A DNA stretch of 64,000 nucleotides from an uncultured cyanobacterium. Its GTDB lineage: Bacteria > Cyanobacteriota > Cyanobacteriia > Cyanobacteriales > CAWCAG01. This document shows, in pieces, positions 33,483-44,373 of the stretch. The stretch is taken from the NCBI GenBank assembly GCA_963793425.1, contig CAWCAG010000005.1, forward strand, positions 352,001 to 416,000, in the 5' to 3' direction. Position 1 is the first letter of the stretch, and every line of letters begins with the position of its first letter. A program made the translations under genes and the position numbers. The notes under the pieces were generated by a model. That model saw nothing but the letters and a program-made list of their open reading frames with translations, made no database searches and was not told the DNA's origin.

Positions 33483-34394
33483 ATGTTTAACGCTCAATGT
33501 TTAACTCTTCCCCCTCCTCTCAAACCAGGAGACTTATTGCGAGTAGTCTCCCCCTGTGGTGCTTTAAAAGAATTAGAAGCTTTTAACCAAGGAGTAGAAA
33601 TTTGGCGATCGCGGGGTTATCGGGTGGAGTTTGGCAAATATTGGAATTCTCGCTACGGTTATTTAGCTGGAACGGACTTGCAACGTCGCCAAAGTTTAAG
33701 GGAAGCTTGGCAGGAAGAACAATGTCAGGGAATCCTCTGCGCCAGGGGAGGATACGGTAGTACAAGGTTGTTAGAAGATTGGCAGTGGTGGCAGGAAAAT
33801 AATCTTACTGCCCCTAAATGGTTAGTCGGTTTTTCTGATGTGACTGGCTTGTTGTGGAGTTTAGCTACGGTCGGGGTTGCCTCGATTCATGGCCCGGTTT
33901 TAACAACCTTAGCCCAAGAACCAAAATGGTCTAGACAGCGCCTCTTTGATGCCGTAGAAGGTCGCCCTTTAGCACCCTTATCAGGGGAAGGTTGGGTAGG
34001 TGGTAAGGCGACAGGAATCCTCTTACCAGCTAATCTCGCTGTAGCTACTAACATTTTGGGAACTCCTCTCCAACCCCCTTTAACAGGTACAATCCTCGCC
34101 TTTGAAGACGTGGGAGAAGCTCCCTATCGCTTAGATAGGATGCTGACTCAATGGCGAATGATGGGAGCATTTCAAGGAGTTAAAGCCATTGCTTTAGGGC
34201 GTTTTAGTGATTGCGAAGGCTCAAAAAGTGGTTGGACAGTAGCAGAAATGTTGCGCGATCGCTTAACGGACTTAAATATTCCTATGGTAGCTAATCTCCC
34301 TTTTGGCCATGATGGAGCTAACGCTGCTTTACCCGTAGGGCAATTAGTAGAGTTAGATGGGGAGCAAGGAATTTTGCAAGTTAGCAGCCCGTAG
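33483..34394 (+). CDS. ldcA: LD-carboxypeptidase (peptidase S66)
   Basis: ARGGYG, GFSDVT, FEDVGE, PFGH. Confidence 0.9.
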   Translation: MFNAQCLTLPPPLKPGDLLRVVSPCGALKELEAFNQGVEIWRSRGYRVEFGKYWNSRYGYLAGTDLQRRQSLREAWQEEQCQGILCARGGYGSTRLLEDWQWWQENNLTAPKWLVGFSDVTGLLWSLATVGVASIHGPVLTTLAQEPKWSRQRLFDAVEGRPLAPLSGEGWVGGKATGILLPANLAVATNILGTPLQPPLTGTILAFEDVGEAPYRLDRMLTQWRMMGAFQGVKAIALGRFSDCEGSKSGWTVAEMLRDRLTDLNIPMVANLPFGHDGANAALPVGQLVELDGEQGILQVSSP

Positions 34395-34659
34395 TTGACC
34401 AATCGAACACCTCCACCTCTGCATAGGTTTCTATCCACAACCTGGCTCCGCTCTGATTTACAAAAGCATTCTGTTTGAAAATACGGCAATATAGTTATAA
34501 GAATCAGCCATTAGCAACTAGCCATTAGCAACTAGCGATTAGCAATAAGCAAAAATGTAAAGTTGTGTTGCTCAACTTCCCCTAATAACCAACAACAACA
34601 GTCGAATGATAAGCTAACAAATACAATAAAAATATTTTGTATAGTAAGGTGGAGTTTAG

Positions 34660-35724
34660 ATGGCGGTTTCAACGGAAATTCCTTATCTTTTAAGAGCGGC
34701 TCGTGGTGAAAAATTAGACCGCCCTCCTGTTTGGATGATGCGTCAGGCAGGGCGTTACATGAAAGTTTATCGTGACTTAAGAGAAAAGTATCCTAGTTTT
34801 CGCGAACGTTCAGAAAACCCGGAATTAGCAATTGAAATTTCCTTACAACCTTGGCGAGCATTTAGACCCGACGGAGTAATTATGTTCTCCGATATTCTCA
34901 CTCCTTTGCCGGGACTAGGCATTCCCTTTGAAATAGTTGAAAGTAAAGGACCCATTATTCCTGATCCGATTCGGACTCAAGAACAAATTGATAACCTCCA
35001 TTCCTTAGAACCAGCAGAATCATTACCTTTCATCAAAACAATTTTACAAACCCTACGCTCAGAAGTGGGTAACGAAGCGGCGGTTTTAGGTTTTGTGGGC
35101 GCTCCTTGGACTTTAGCAGCTTATGCCATTGAAGGAAAAAGCTCTAAAAATTATGCTGTGATTAAAAACATGGCCTTCGCTCAACCAGCAATGCTGCACT
35201 CCTTCTTAAATAAAATAGCTGAGGCGATCGCCGACTATGTTTGTTACCAGATTGATTGTGGGGCCGAGGTTGTACAGATGTTTGACTCTTGGGCAGGGCA
35301 ATTAAGCCCCCAAGATTATGACAACTTCGCTTTGCCCTATCATCAACAGGTAATTAGGAAAGTGAAAGCCACTCACCCTGACACTCCTTTCATCATGTAC
35401 ATCAGTGGTAGTGCAGGAATCTTAGAACGTATGGGACAATCTGGAGCTGATATAGTTAGCGTCGATTGGACAGTAGACATGGCCGATGCGAGAAAGCGCC
35501 TTGGTAAAGACATGAAAGTTCAAGGTAACATTGATCCTGGAGTACTATTTGGTTCCAAGGAATTTATCCGCGATCGCATCATTGATACCATCCGCAAAGC
35601 AGGACCCACAGGTCACATCCTCAACTTAGGTCACGGCATCTTACCAGGGACTCCTGAAGAAAATGCCGCATTCTTCTTTGAAACAGCTAAACAAGCAGAT
35701 CAGCTTTTAGCGGTTCATGCTTAG
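34660..35724 (+). CDS. hemE: Uroporphyrinogen decarboxylase
   Basis: [22 protein letters not shown]. Confidence 0.98.
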   Translation: MAVSTEIPYLLRAARGEKLDRPPVWMMRQAGRYMKVYRDLREKYPSFRERSENPELAIEISLQPWRAFRPDGVIMFSDILTPLPGLGIPFEIVESKGPIIPDPIRTQEQIDNLHSLEPAESLPFIKTILQTLRSEVGNEAAVLGFVGAPWTLAAYAIEGKSSKNYAVIKNMAFAQPAMLHSFLNKIAEAIADYVCYQIDCGAEVVQMFDSWAGQLSPQDYDNFALPYHQQVIRKVKATHPDTPFIMYISGSAGILERMGQSGADIVSVDWTVDMADARKRLGKDMKVQGNIDPGVLFGSKEFIRDRIIDTIRKAGPTGHILNLGHGILPGTPEENAAFFFETAKQADQLLAVHA

Positions 35725-35865
35725 GAAAAATGGGAAATAGAGATAATGAGGTGATTATAAGGGAGAAAACGATAATACTCCTTAACTAATCACCTATTTT
35801 CTACTTCCCCCTCCCCGCCCCGAAGTAGTTTAAAATCTACATAAAATCGCACAATTAAAGATCCC

Positions 35866-36858
35866 ATGAATCCCAAGCGGATTTTGCTAACTGGCGCTAG
35901 TGGCTGCATTGGTCACTACATCGCCGAAACTTTAATCCAAGACACAGAACACGAACTACTTCTTTTTGTCAGAAACCCAGATAAGCTAGGCTTTGACTGG
36001 GAAGCACGTGCTGGAGTGAGAGTTATCCAGGGAGACTTGCGGGATATTGAGAGTTTTGCTCAATTACTCAAAACAGTCAATGTTGCCATCCTCACAGCCG
36101 CAGCTTGGGGAGGAGCCGCAGAATCTTTTGATATTAATGTAGCTAAAACCACCCGTTTAATGACCCTGCTCGATCCTCAAACTTGTGAGCAGGTTATTTA
36201 TTTTTCTACCGCTAGTATTCTAGATCGTAGTAACAACTTACTCCCTCAAGCAGGGCAGTTGGGAACAGATTATATTCGTACCAAGTACGATTGTTTCCGC
36301 CAGTTAAATAAACTAGCTATTTATCCCAAAATTACTACTCTCTTCCCTACTTTGGTGTTAGGAGGAGATGAAAATAAACCCACATCCCATGTTTCTTCTG
36401 GCTTACCAGAAGTAGCTAAATGGGCTAGTTTGGTGCGTTGGTTTAAAGCCGATGGTAGTTTCCACTTTATCCATGCCCAAGACATCGCCAAAGTCGTCTC
36501 TTATTTAGTGGAAAATCCCCCAGAAGCAGAAGTAAAAGAAGGCATAGCTGGACAACAATTAGTTTTAGGTAATGAATGTATTACTGTTAATCAAGCAGTG
36601 GAACAATTTTGTGCTTATGTAGGCAAGAAGATTTATTTCCGCATTCCCTTATCTATGTGGCTAGCTAATATTCTTATTAAAGTATTCAACATTCAAATGG
36701 CTGCTTGGGATCGCTTCAGTTTACAATATCGTCACTTCAGCTATCAAAATCCTGTCAATCCTTCTACTTTTGGTTTACCCACTTATTGCCCCACTTTTAG
36801 GGATGTTCTTAAAGTTAGTGGTGTGCAAAGAAAGGTAATAACTGATAGTGATAAGTAA
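35866..36858 (+). CDS. NAD-dependent epimerase/dehydratase family protein
   Basis: TGASGCIG, Y.RTK, FHFIHAQD. Confidence 0.85.
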   Translation: MNPKRILLTGASGCIGHYIAETLIQDTEHELLLFVRNPDKLGFDWEARAGVRVIQGDLRDIESFAQLLKTVNVAILTAAAWGGAAESFDINVAKTTRLMTLLDPQTCEQVIYFSTASILDRSNNLLPQAGQLGTDYIRTKYDCFRQLNKLAIYPKITTLFPTLVLGGDENKPTSHVSSGLPEVAKWASLVRWFKADGSFHFIHAQDIAKVVSYLVENPPEAEVKEGIAGQQLVLGNECITVNQAVEQFCAYVGKKIYFRIPLSMWLANILIKVFNIQMAAWDRFSLQYRHFSYQNPVNPSTFGLPTYCPTFRDVLKVSGVQRKVITDSDK

Positions 36859-36912
36859 TCAGTTAATTTCTTGTTTTCTTTCATTCCCCAAACTGGTTAG
36901 AAAGGGGTAGCT

Positions 36913-36962
36913 TGTGGAAAAGTCAAGGAAATCTGTGGAAAATCAGAGATTTCTGTGGAAAA
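36913..36962. repeat. Three DnaA-box-like TGTGGAAAA (TTTTCCACA) motifs
   Basis: Exact 9-mers at 36913, 36934 and 36954. Confidence 0.6.
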
Positions 36963-37032
36963 CCAGCTAATTTTCAAATCTTATTCAGACTTAGTAATAA
37001 AGTTAAATTAGTTCTGTCTAAGTACCAACAAC

Positions 37033-37962
37033 TTAAACTTGTACAAGTTCAGAAGTTTTGTCTAAAGAAAACTTTTTGCTCTCTTGTAATAAATACTCTA
37101 AAAATGTTTCTGCTACCACAGAAAGCTTTTTACCTGCTAAATAAGTAACATACCAACGATGTTGGAGAGGGAAATGCTCTACATCCAAAATGACTAATTC
37201 TCCTGTGGAAATTTCCGTAACTAGGCTGTGTTGAGAAAGAACAGAGATACCTAAACCACCCACCACTGCTTGTTTAATCGCTTCATTACTACCTAATTCC
37301 AAACGAACTCTAACCGTAATTTTATGTTTCGTAAATAGTTGTTGAACTGCTTGGCGAGTACCTGAACCAGGTTCCCTCATAATAAAGGATTCGTTGTTAA
37401 GAGATTTAAGGGGAATGCTCGTTTCTTTAGCCAAAGGATGATCTGCTGAAGCCAAAACTACCAAAGGATTAGCCAAAAATGGTTGGGCATAGAGATCCAC
37501 TTCTTGGGGAGGTTGACTCATAATATAAAGGTCGTCTTTATTTTCCAACATACGCTCTTGAATTTGTTGGTGATTGATAACCTGAAGAGAGACATCAATG
37601 CCCGGATGTTGTCGACAAAAAGAACCCAGAATGCGCGGGACAAAATATTTAGCGGTGGTTACTACTGTTAAGTTTAAACGCCCCTGTTTAGTCCCTTTCA
37701 AATCAGCAACTTTCATTTCAAAGTTTTCTAACTTATTAAAAACCTGTTGACAGGTAGCTAATAATTCTTTTCCTGCTTCAGTAAGATAAAGTTGTTTACC
37801 GATTTGTTCATATAATGGCAAGCCAACAGCTTTAGAGAGTTGCTTAACTTGGCTCGAAACAGTGGGCTGAGTTATCAACAACTCTTCTGCTGCCCTAGTG
37901 AAGCTACCATGACGAGCAACTGCTTCAAAAACTTCTAGTTGATGTAGTGTGGACTGAATCAA
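37033..37962 (-). CDS. ndhR: CbbR-family LysR regulator, NdhR/CcmR-like
   Basis: TLHQLEVFEAVARHGSFTRAAEEL.ITQPTVSSQ, MREPGSGTR, SNEAIKQAV. Confidence 0.75.
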   Translation of the reverse strand: MIQSTLHQLEVFEAVARHGSFTRAAEELLITQPTVSSQVKQLSKAVGLPLYEQIGKQLYLTEAGKELLATCQQVFNKLENFEMKVADLKGTKQGRLNLTVVTTAKYFVPRILGSFCRQHPGIDVSLQVINHQQIQERMLENKDDLYIMSQPPQEVDLYAQPFLANPLVVLASADHPLAKETSIPLKSLNNESFIMREPGSGTRQAVQQLFTKHKITVRVRLELGSNEAIKQAVVGGLGISVLSQHSLVTEISTGELVILDVEHFPLQHRWYVTYLAGKKLSVVAETFLEYLLQESKKFSLDKTSELVQV

Positions 37963-38142
37963 AGATTGTTCTCCCTCTCTAAGCTAGAGATATGTTAGCC
38001 TCGCAACAGTTATTCTGGCAGTCAACTGCTGACAGCATAGATTGATATCAATACTATAACAATAACTATAGATTATTAGTTATCAACAAGAGAGACTGGT
38101 CGTCCGGCTATTGCCATAAATCTAAACAAGAAAAAAGGCACT

Positions 38143-38175
38143 GCGTTCGCGAAGTGTCTCACTCTTGAGAATCGC
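38143..38175. mobile_element. Small dispersed repeat inserted into HIP1 (GCG^ATCGC)
   Basis: GCG + ttcgcgaagtgtctcactcttgaga + ATCGC, inside an AAGGCAC/GTGCCTT stem. Confidence 0.55.
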
Positions 38176-38251
38176 GCCTGTGCCTTCAACCACACAAATA
38201 CACAAACTAATAGTAACCGATACTACTTGCTAAATCTAGCTTGAGCAAAAG

Positions 38252-38902
38252 TTACTGACTTAGGTTCTCTCCTAACTTTGGTTCTGTACCTGCAAAGAGA
38301 CGTTGAATGTTGCTTTGATGTCTCCAAATAATGTAAATCCCGGCGATGGTAGCGAAAATTATGTAGGGTAGAGGTTGATTTAAGGCTAGCATCAATAAAT
38401 TAACGGCGATCGCACCACAAATAGAACCAAGAGAAACAATACGCCAAATAGCAAATACTAAAGCAAAGACAACTATAGTTCCTAAAGCGACAAAAGGACT
38501 CATAACCAACAAAACCCCTAGACTAGTAGCAACGGATTTCCCGCCAGTAAAGTTAAGCCAAATCGATTTACTATGGCCAATAACTGCTGCGATCGCTGCT
38601 AAAGTAACGAACCAGGGTTCCCAGGATAAAGGAAGGAAAGATTGAGCCACAAAAGCGAAAAATCCTTTCACCGCCCCAACAGCAATAACTCCTTTAAGTA
38701 AATCAGCCATTAATACAATAATACCCGCTGTTTTACCCAAAGTTCTGAAGACATTAGTTGCCCCAGTAGAGCCAGAACCATATTCACGAATATCAATTCC
38801 TTGTAAATAGCGTCCTAGCAAATAGCCATTCGGAAGAGAACCTAACAAGTAAGCAAAGATGACGAATATTAAACTTATTAATAAAGATAGACTACTGACC
38901 AT
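38252..38902 (-). CDS. plsY: Glycerol-3-phosphate acyltransferase PlsY
   Basis: DIREYGSGSTGATN, GHS, FTGGKSVAT, RHQSNI. Confidence 0.95.
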   Translation of the reverse strand: MVSSLSLLISLIFVIFAYLLGSLPNGYLLGRYLQGIDIREYGSGSTGATNVFRTLGKTAGIIVLMADLLKGVIAVGAVKGFFAFVAQSFLPLSWEPWFVTLAAIAAVIGHSKSIWLNFTGGKSVATSLGVLLVMSPFVALGTIVVFALVFAIWRIVSLGSICGAIAVNLLMLALNQPLPYIIFATIAGIYIIWRHQSNIQRLFAGTEPKLGENLSQ

Positions 38903-38971
38903 ATCACAAACCTGTTTGATAACTAAATAAGTAAGATAAGATTACTCCAGTAACCGGATTTAATAGAACTA

Positions 38972-39066
38972 CCCTGCTCCTTTCCTTACTCCTTACTCCC
39001 TACTCCCTTCCCTGCTCCCTGCTCCCTGCTCCCTGCTCCCTGCTCCCTGCTCCCTACTCCCTTCCC
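38972..39066. repeat. Heptamer tandem repeats (CCCTGCT/CCCTACT)
   Basis: Run of ccctgct units with variant flanking units. Confidence 0.9.
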
Positions 39067-40229
39067 TAATACATATAACTCGAATTCTGCTGTGGTTCTG
39101 GGGCAAAAGCCAACCAAAGAGGGAACTGAAGCAAAGATAAATCGATTTGCTCCTCTGTTTCATCAATAATAATTAAAGGTAGCGCTTTATTATCTAAAAG
39201 TCGCTCAGCTTTCATCACTAGAGCATCAGGAGACTCAAAAAGAGTAACTCCGCGCTCAGGACCAAAATCGCTACGGGAAATACCTAAACAGTCTTGTAAG
39301 CTGCGTCGCCATTCTCCTAAGCGTTCTGGAGTATTAGCTAGAACCAAGGTTCGCAAACGGTTACCATATAATTTCTTCAAAACAGACATTACTGCTGAGG
39401 TAATTAAAATATTCTGTAAGCGGCTGCCCATAGATTTAATTGCGCCTCTACCTCCTTGGGTAAAAAACCAACCGCGAACTCTTTCAGCATGAATCGGTTC
39501 AAAAGTACGGCGAAGTTGCCAAGGGGGACCATAATAATCGGGAACAGTACGGTATTGATCAAGAATCTCACGAATTTGCCTCACTCGCTCCTGAAAAGTT
39601 TGTTCAGTAAACTGAGTCTCTATCTGAGAATCTTTAGCTCGTGTAACTTCAGGTTTTGGAGAAGTTTCCCACTCATCGTACCCCGACAGTTCTAGTTGTT
39701 CTGCTGCTACTGCTAAATCTTGCAAACTGCCTACGAGGTAATCTTTAAAACCCTGTACTCTAACGGCTAAATCTTGAGAAACCCCAGCAAAAGTTGTCCG
39801 CATTTCTTCTCTAATGCGATCGCGGCGACGTTCTAGCTGTTCTACACTAACTTCCAGGGCTTGTTGACGCTTTTGCAATTCCCTTAAACCATCTTTGACA
39901 ATCTGCTCTAAATTCGCTTTTACTTCTGCTGTTTGCTCTGCAAGCAACTGATTTCTTTGCTCTTGAAGGTTACTAACTTCCTTTTCTAAGGACTGTTTTT
40001 GTTGTTGTAATTCTGCGACTACTTGGCTCAGTTCATCTACATCTACTTCTGAATTTTCTGAATTAACTGTTTCAGTAGCTTGAGAATCTTGCTGAGAATT
40101 ACTCTCCTCTATTTCTCCTTTCGCCCCTAGCTCTTCTAATTTAGGTTCTATTAAAAGTGCCTCTAAGTTATCAGAGCTTTGAGGAGCATCTTTTTCTGAT
40201 TCTGGGAGTTGAGATTCTTCTGAATTCAT
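39066..40229 (-). CDS. DUF3086-family coiled-coil protein
   Basis: PDYYGPPWQLRRTFE, QGGRGA, PERLGEWRR.LQDCLG. Confidence 0.8.
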   Translation of the reverse strand: MNSEESQLPESEKDAPQSSDNLEALLIEPKLEELGAKGEIEESNSQQDSQATETVNSENSEVDVDELSQVVAELQQQKQSLEKEVSNLQEQRNQLLAEQTAEVKANLEQIVKDGLRELQKRQQALEVSVEQLERRRDRIREEMRTTFAGVSQDLAVRVQGFKDYLVGSLQDLAVAAEQLELSGYDEWETSPKPEVTRAKDSQIETQFTEQTFQERVRQIREILDQYRTVPDYYGPPWQLRRTFEPIHAERVRGWFFTQGGRGAIKSMGSRLQNILITSAVMSVLKKLYGNRLRTLVLANTPERLGEWRRSLQDCLGISRSDFGPERGVTLFESPDALVMKAERLLDNKALPLIIIDETEEQIDLSLLQFPLWLAFAPEPQQNSSYMY

Positions 40230-40266
40230 TTAGTTAAAAATAGTTAGATGTGAAGATTAACTTTTC

Positions 40267-40656
40267 CTAATTTCTCGGACAGCGCTCTTCAAGGCCAGTT
40301 TTTAGAGTCTTAGGATCAAAGATGATCGGCAAAAAATGAATACTTTTAACTTCTTTAAAATAAAACAAAATCGGGATTTGAGGCCAGAAAATACGCCAAT
40401 TTTGCCATTCTGAGTAGGGAAAAGAGCGAATGACCTTTTCAGAACGATATACTTCTAAGGCTGTGGCAGTAAATTGTAAACTAATGGTTACTGTTTGAAA
40501 AAGCAGAAAAAGTCCAAATAAAGAAATTACCCCTGCTGCCCAAGGTTGGACTAATAGCAAAGGAATTGAACCTAATGTCAGTACCAAAGGCAAGACATAG
40601 CTAGGTTTTAGTTTAATAGTTTGTTTTTTGACAGCAGAAAATTCAGCAGTGGTCAC
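40267..40656 (-). CDS. DUF3119-family membrane protein
   Basis: WRIFW...PILFYFKEVKSIHFLPI. Confidence 0.8.
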   Translation of the reverse strand: MTTAEFSAVKKQTIKLKPSYVLPLVLTLGSIPLLLVQPWAAGVISLFGLFLLFQTVTISLQFTATALEVYRSEKVIRSFPYSEWQNWRIFWPQIPILFYFKEVKSIHFLPIIFDPKTLKTGLEERCPRN

Positions 40657-40816
40657 GGTTTAGTAATTTTCAGTTTAACTAATGCAGTTTGATACTGCCC
40701 TTCATTCTAATGGGGAGCGGTAATGCTGCGCTACAATCCCTAGGAAAATTTCCCTTCTCAATAAGTCTTACAAGTACTTAAATTACCCTAGTTAATACTA
40801 AGTAACCACTGAAAAA

Positions 40817-42586
40817 CTATTCTGGAGTTCCGGCTAATTCCTCAACTATTTGGCGCAAATCACCAACAGCTTGCAGTTGATACTCTCCGGTTTGTTGAAA
40901 TTGAGTAACCAACTCAGAAATACCTGCTAATTTTTCTTTAGTAAGGTCAAGGTTATCTTGAAGAGGTTGTAAAGCTTCTTCATAAAGATTAACTTTACCC
41001 CAAAGCTGTGCCAAAGCTATTTGTTCTTCAGTAAGAACAGATTCTAACTCTTGTAAGCTTGCTTGTTTAGCTTCTTGCTCTTCTGCTACTTGCTTAACTT
41101 CTTCTCCTACTTGCTCAACCCCTGTTCTCACAAGCTGTGTCTCTTCTTCAAGAGCTTGTAGTTCTTGTTGCTGCTCCTGTTTTTGCCCTTCAAGCTTACT
41201 TAAAACAGGTTGCAAGTCAATATTTCGCTCTCCAGCCTCATTATCCACAATTCCTTGGCGACGGCGTAGAACCTTGATGTGTTTATTTAAAATAGATTCT
41301 TGCTCGTTGAGATTACGCAGTGTACCGACAAAACTCTCATCCAGCATTTTTTTAGCTTCTTGAGCGTCCGCTAGTTCTTCTTCTATAGCTGCTTTATCAA
41401 GGGCATTAGCCCCTTCAAGTTTTTCCTCTAATTCCTCTACATCCTGGCGCTGTAATTTCAGCTCTTCTTCTTGATCTTTAACCCCTCTTTCCCGGCGATC
41501 AAAATCTTGTTGTAGCTCATCTACGACTTTCTGTAGCTCTTCCATGGACATATTTTCTAGGGCTTCAGTATCAATTGCTTGATCCCCATCTGTGCTGGTT
41601 TCTCCTTGTGCCAACTTAGAAAGTTGATTATAAAGTTCTTCTTCTTTCTCCAGTTGACTTTTGAGCCTTGCCGCTGACTCTTCTTTCCTCTCCAGAATTT
41701 TTTGCTGAGCCAGCAAATCCTGTTTCTTTTCCTCTAATTTAACCAGTATTTCCTGAAGTTCCTGTTGTTTGTCGCTGATTTCTGCTTGCTTATTACCTAC
41801 TTCCCCTTGTTTTGCCTGAGCTTGTTCTCTTTGCTCCTCTAACTGTTGCCAGCGGTTACCAAAATTATTTTGTTGCTCGTTGGCGATTTCTAAGACTTGG
41901 TTTAAATCCTCCTGCAAGGAATCTATGGGGATTACCGTAGAAGAGAGGTATTCTACCAATTCCTTCATTCTCCCTGCCTGTTCTTCAGCCAAGCCAACTT
42001 CCGCTGGTTGAACTTCACCTTGCAAATCTTCTAACTTGCGCTGCTCTCCCCGTAGGTGTTCCCAAGCACCTTCAAGCTCTTGGCTCTTACGCTCAAACTC
42101 TTCTCTAAGTTGATCGGCTTCTTCCTTGTATTTTTGGGATTCCTGCCTAACTTTTTCAACTTCCTCTTTTTGCGCTTCTAAGCGTTCTAAATCCTCTTTG
42201 GCCTCATCAATTTGATCTAACTGGACATACATTTCCTCTTCTTTTTGTTGAATAGCCTCCATTTGGGCTTGTAAGGATTCTCGCCACTCCTCGATTTCTT
42301 TTTCTTGATCTGAAGATTTTTCAAGAAGACGACCAAACTGCTGCATTAAGGAAATAATCCTTGGTCCGGCTGGTTCAATATTGCCCTGAATCTGTTTGTT
42401 GTTTCCCAATTCAATGACAATTAAAGCGCCTTCGTTGAAGTCACCAGCTTCTTCGGCTGGAACCACTTCTTCACCTGCTACAGCACTCCAACTATCTTTG
42501 CGCTGACAAGCTAAGAGTTTAAGTTCAGTTTTGGCTCCCCCCATGAACCCGCCTTTTTGCTTTTTTACTTCTGCAAGATACAGCAC
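40817..42586 (-). CDS. hmpF: Pilus motility/taxis coiled-coil protein HmpF
   Basis: MLYLAEVKKQ...KTELKLLACQR N-terminus; divergent from the taxis operon. Confidence 0.85.
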   Translation of the reverse strand: MLYLAEVKKQKGGFMGGAKTELKLLACQRKDSWSAVAGEEVVPAEEAGDFNEGALIVIELGNNKQIQGNIEPAGPRIISLMQQFGRLLEKSSDQEKEIEEWRESLQAQMEAIQQKEEEMYVQLDQIDEAKEDLERLEAQKEEVEKVRQESQKYKEEADQLREEFERKSQELEGAWEHLRGEQRKLEDLQGEVQPAEVGLAEEQAGRMKELVEYLSSTVIPIDSLQEDLNQVLEIANEQQNNFGNRWQQLEEQREQAQAKQGEVGNKQAEISDKQQELQEILVKLEEKKQDLLAQQKILERKEESAARLKSQLEKEEELYNQLSKLAQGETSTDGDQAIDTEALENMSMEELQKVVDELQQDFDRRERGVKDQEEELKLQRQDVEELEEKLEGANALDKAAIEEELADAQEAKKMLDESFVGTLRNLNEQESILNKHIKVLRRRQGIVDNEAGERNIDLQPVLSKLEGQKQEQQQELQALEEETQLVRTGVEQVGEEVKQVAEEQEAKQASLQELESVLTEEQIALAQLWGKVNLYEEALQPLQDNLDLTKEKLAGISELVTQFQQTGEYQLQAVGDLRQIVEELAGTPE

Positions 42587-42955
42587 GCTGATGTTCCTCT
42601 CGATACTTGTTGTGCTTAGATTACTTGAAAGGAAAACTGTCCTTTGATAATTTATTTAGTTTAATTCAACTGTCAAATTTTCGTTATGACCCTAGCCAGA
42701 AATAGACAAATTTTACAAAAAGTTACTTTGTTTTAGAGGTCATTGTCGACTTTCCTTTCTGTTCTGGTATTTTAAGACCTTAGACTAAACTGAATAACAT
42801 ATAGTAAGCAAAAATAGTGTTAGTATTCAACATTTTCTGATCAGTAATTGGTTAATCCCAAAAACTTGACTAAAAATAGCTTCATTTATTTTGATTTATG
42901 GATGGCATAGTAAATCTAGCACTTTTTCACTCTTCAAGGAGCATACTCTTCCTAC

Positions 42956-44212
42956 ATGCAGGGAACTTTAAGTGAAATTGATATTCGTAGCATACTGCAA
43001 CTGATCGAACTAGGTCAGCGGACAGGGGAGCTATTTGTGGAAGCTTACCACTCTTCCCACTCTTCCCACTCTTCTCCTTCTCCTTGTCCTCGAACTGCTG
43101 ATGATGCTGACCCTTTACTGTTAAGTAAATTAAGATTAGCCCGTCCCTTCTGGTTTGTTTTTTTCTTAAATGGACAAATCACCTATGCTGCCGACAGCAG
43201 TAGTGGCGGCTTATTGCGTTTGCGAGACTATCTACATCGTTACAAGGTTGAAGAGACTTTCCCTTTGCAAGAATATAGTCAATCTATAGCTTCAACTAAT
43301 GCCCCGGAGTATGCCTACCTTTGGCTACTTTTAGAGAACCATGTTCTCTCTCCTGCCCAGGGGCGTAGTATTATTGGCCACATTGCCCAAGAAACCCTTT
43401 TTGACCTTTTAAGTCTTCATCAAGGTTCTTTTGTTTTTGAAACAGGCCCTGCCTTAGCACCTCAACTAACCACCCTAGAAACTGCTCCTTTAATCAAAAC
43501 GGTTATGAAACAAGTACAGCAGTGGAAACAGTTTCATCCCCATATCCAATCTCCTGACCAATGCCCAATTATCACCGCCAAACCCTCCCTCAGAGAAGCT
43601 CTCCCTCAAGCCACCTACCAAAACTTGGGTCACTTGGCCGATGGGAAAACCACCCTACGCAAAATTTCTCGCTACCTCAACAGAGATATTTTAACCATTG
43701 CTAAGGCAATTTACCCCTATGTTAAAAAAGGCTGGGTACAACTAAATAGTTTGGCTGGTTCTGAGCCTAGTCCACCAGTCACTCACTCTAACAACTCTTG
43801 TGGAGTTCCTCATATTCTTTGTATTGACGATGACTTGACTGTAGGCAAAGCTATTGAGCAAATTTTAAAAGCTCAAAGTATACAATCAACTATCACTAAT
43901 AATCCTATTCAAGCTCTTAGTATTGCTTTTCAAGTTGAACCTGACTTAATTTTTTGCGATATCGCCATGCCACAATTAGATGGTTATGAAATTTGTGCAA
44001 TGTTGCGTAAATCTACTGTTTTCAGACAAACACCTATTATTATGTTGACAGGAAAAGAAGGTTTTATTGACCGAGTTAGAGCGCGGATGGTAGGGTCAAC
44101 GGATTACTTAACTAAACCTTTTGGCAAAAGTGAGTTACTAACTTTGTTGGAGAAATATATCGGTTTTGGCCTGCTCAAGGACACTTCAGCAAAACCCGAA
44201 CAAACCAATTAA
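42956..44212 (+). CDS. pilG: PatA-family response regulator (PATAN + REC)
   Basis: MQGTLSEIDIRSILQLIELGQRTGEL; C-terminal REC domain. Confidence 0.8.
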   Translation: MQGTLSEIDIRSILQLIELGQRTGELFVEAYHSSHSSHSSPSPCPRTADDADPLLLSKLRLARPFWFVFFLNGQITYAADSSSGGLLRLRDYLHRYKVEETFPLQEYSQSIASTNAPEYAYLWLLLENHVLSPAQGRSIIGHIAQETLFDLLSLHQGSFVFETGPALAPQLTTLETAPLIKTVMKQVQQWKQFHPHIQSPDQCPIITAKPSLREALPQATYQNLGHLADGKTTLRKISRYLNRDILTIAKAIYPYVKKGWVQLNSLAGSEPSPPVTHSNNSCGVPHILCIDDDLTVGKAIEQILKAQSIQSTITNNPIQALSIAFQVEPDLIFCDIAMPQLDGYEICAMLRKSTVFRQTPIIMLTGKEGFIDRVRARMVGSTDYLTKPFGKSELLTLLEKYIGFGLLKDTSAKPEQTN

Positions 44213-44373
44213 GTAGCAAGAGATAATAATATTATAAGGAGACACCAAGATTTAATCCAGGTAGCTCCTAACATAGACATACATATTACAAAAATCATCA
44301 TAAATTTAAGTGCGAGTAATAAAATGTGGGTTCCATTTACATCAACGCTAACCGACAAATCGGGTAGGGAGTT

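Noticed and set aside
38972..39066. Heptamer arrays (also 2264, 31436, 34505, 49347) as CRISPR
   Set aside because: No unique spacers and no cas genes; ordinary cyanobacterial short tandem repeats
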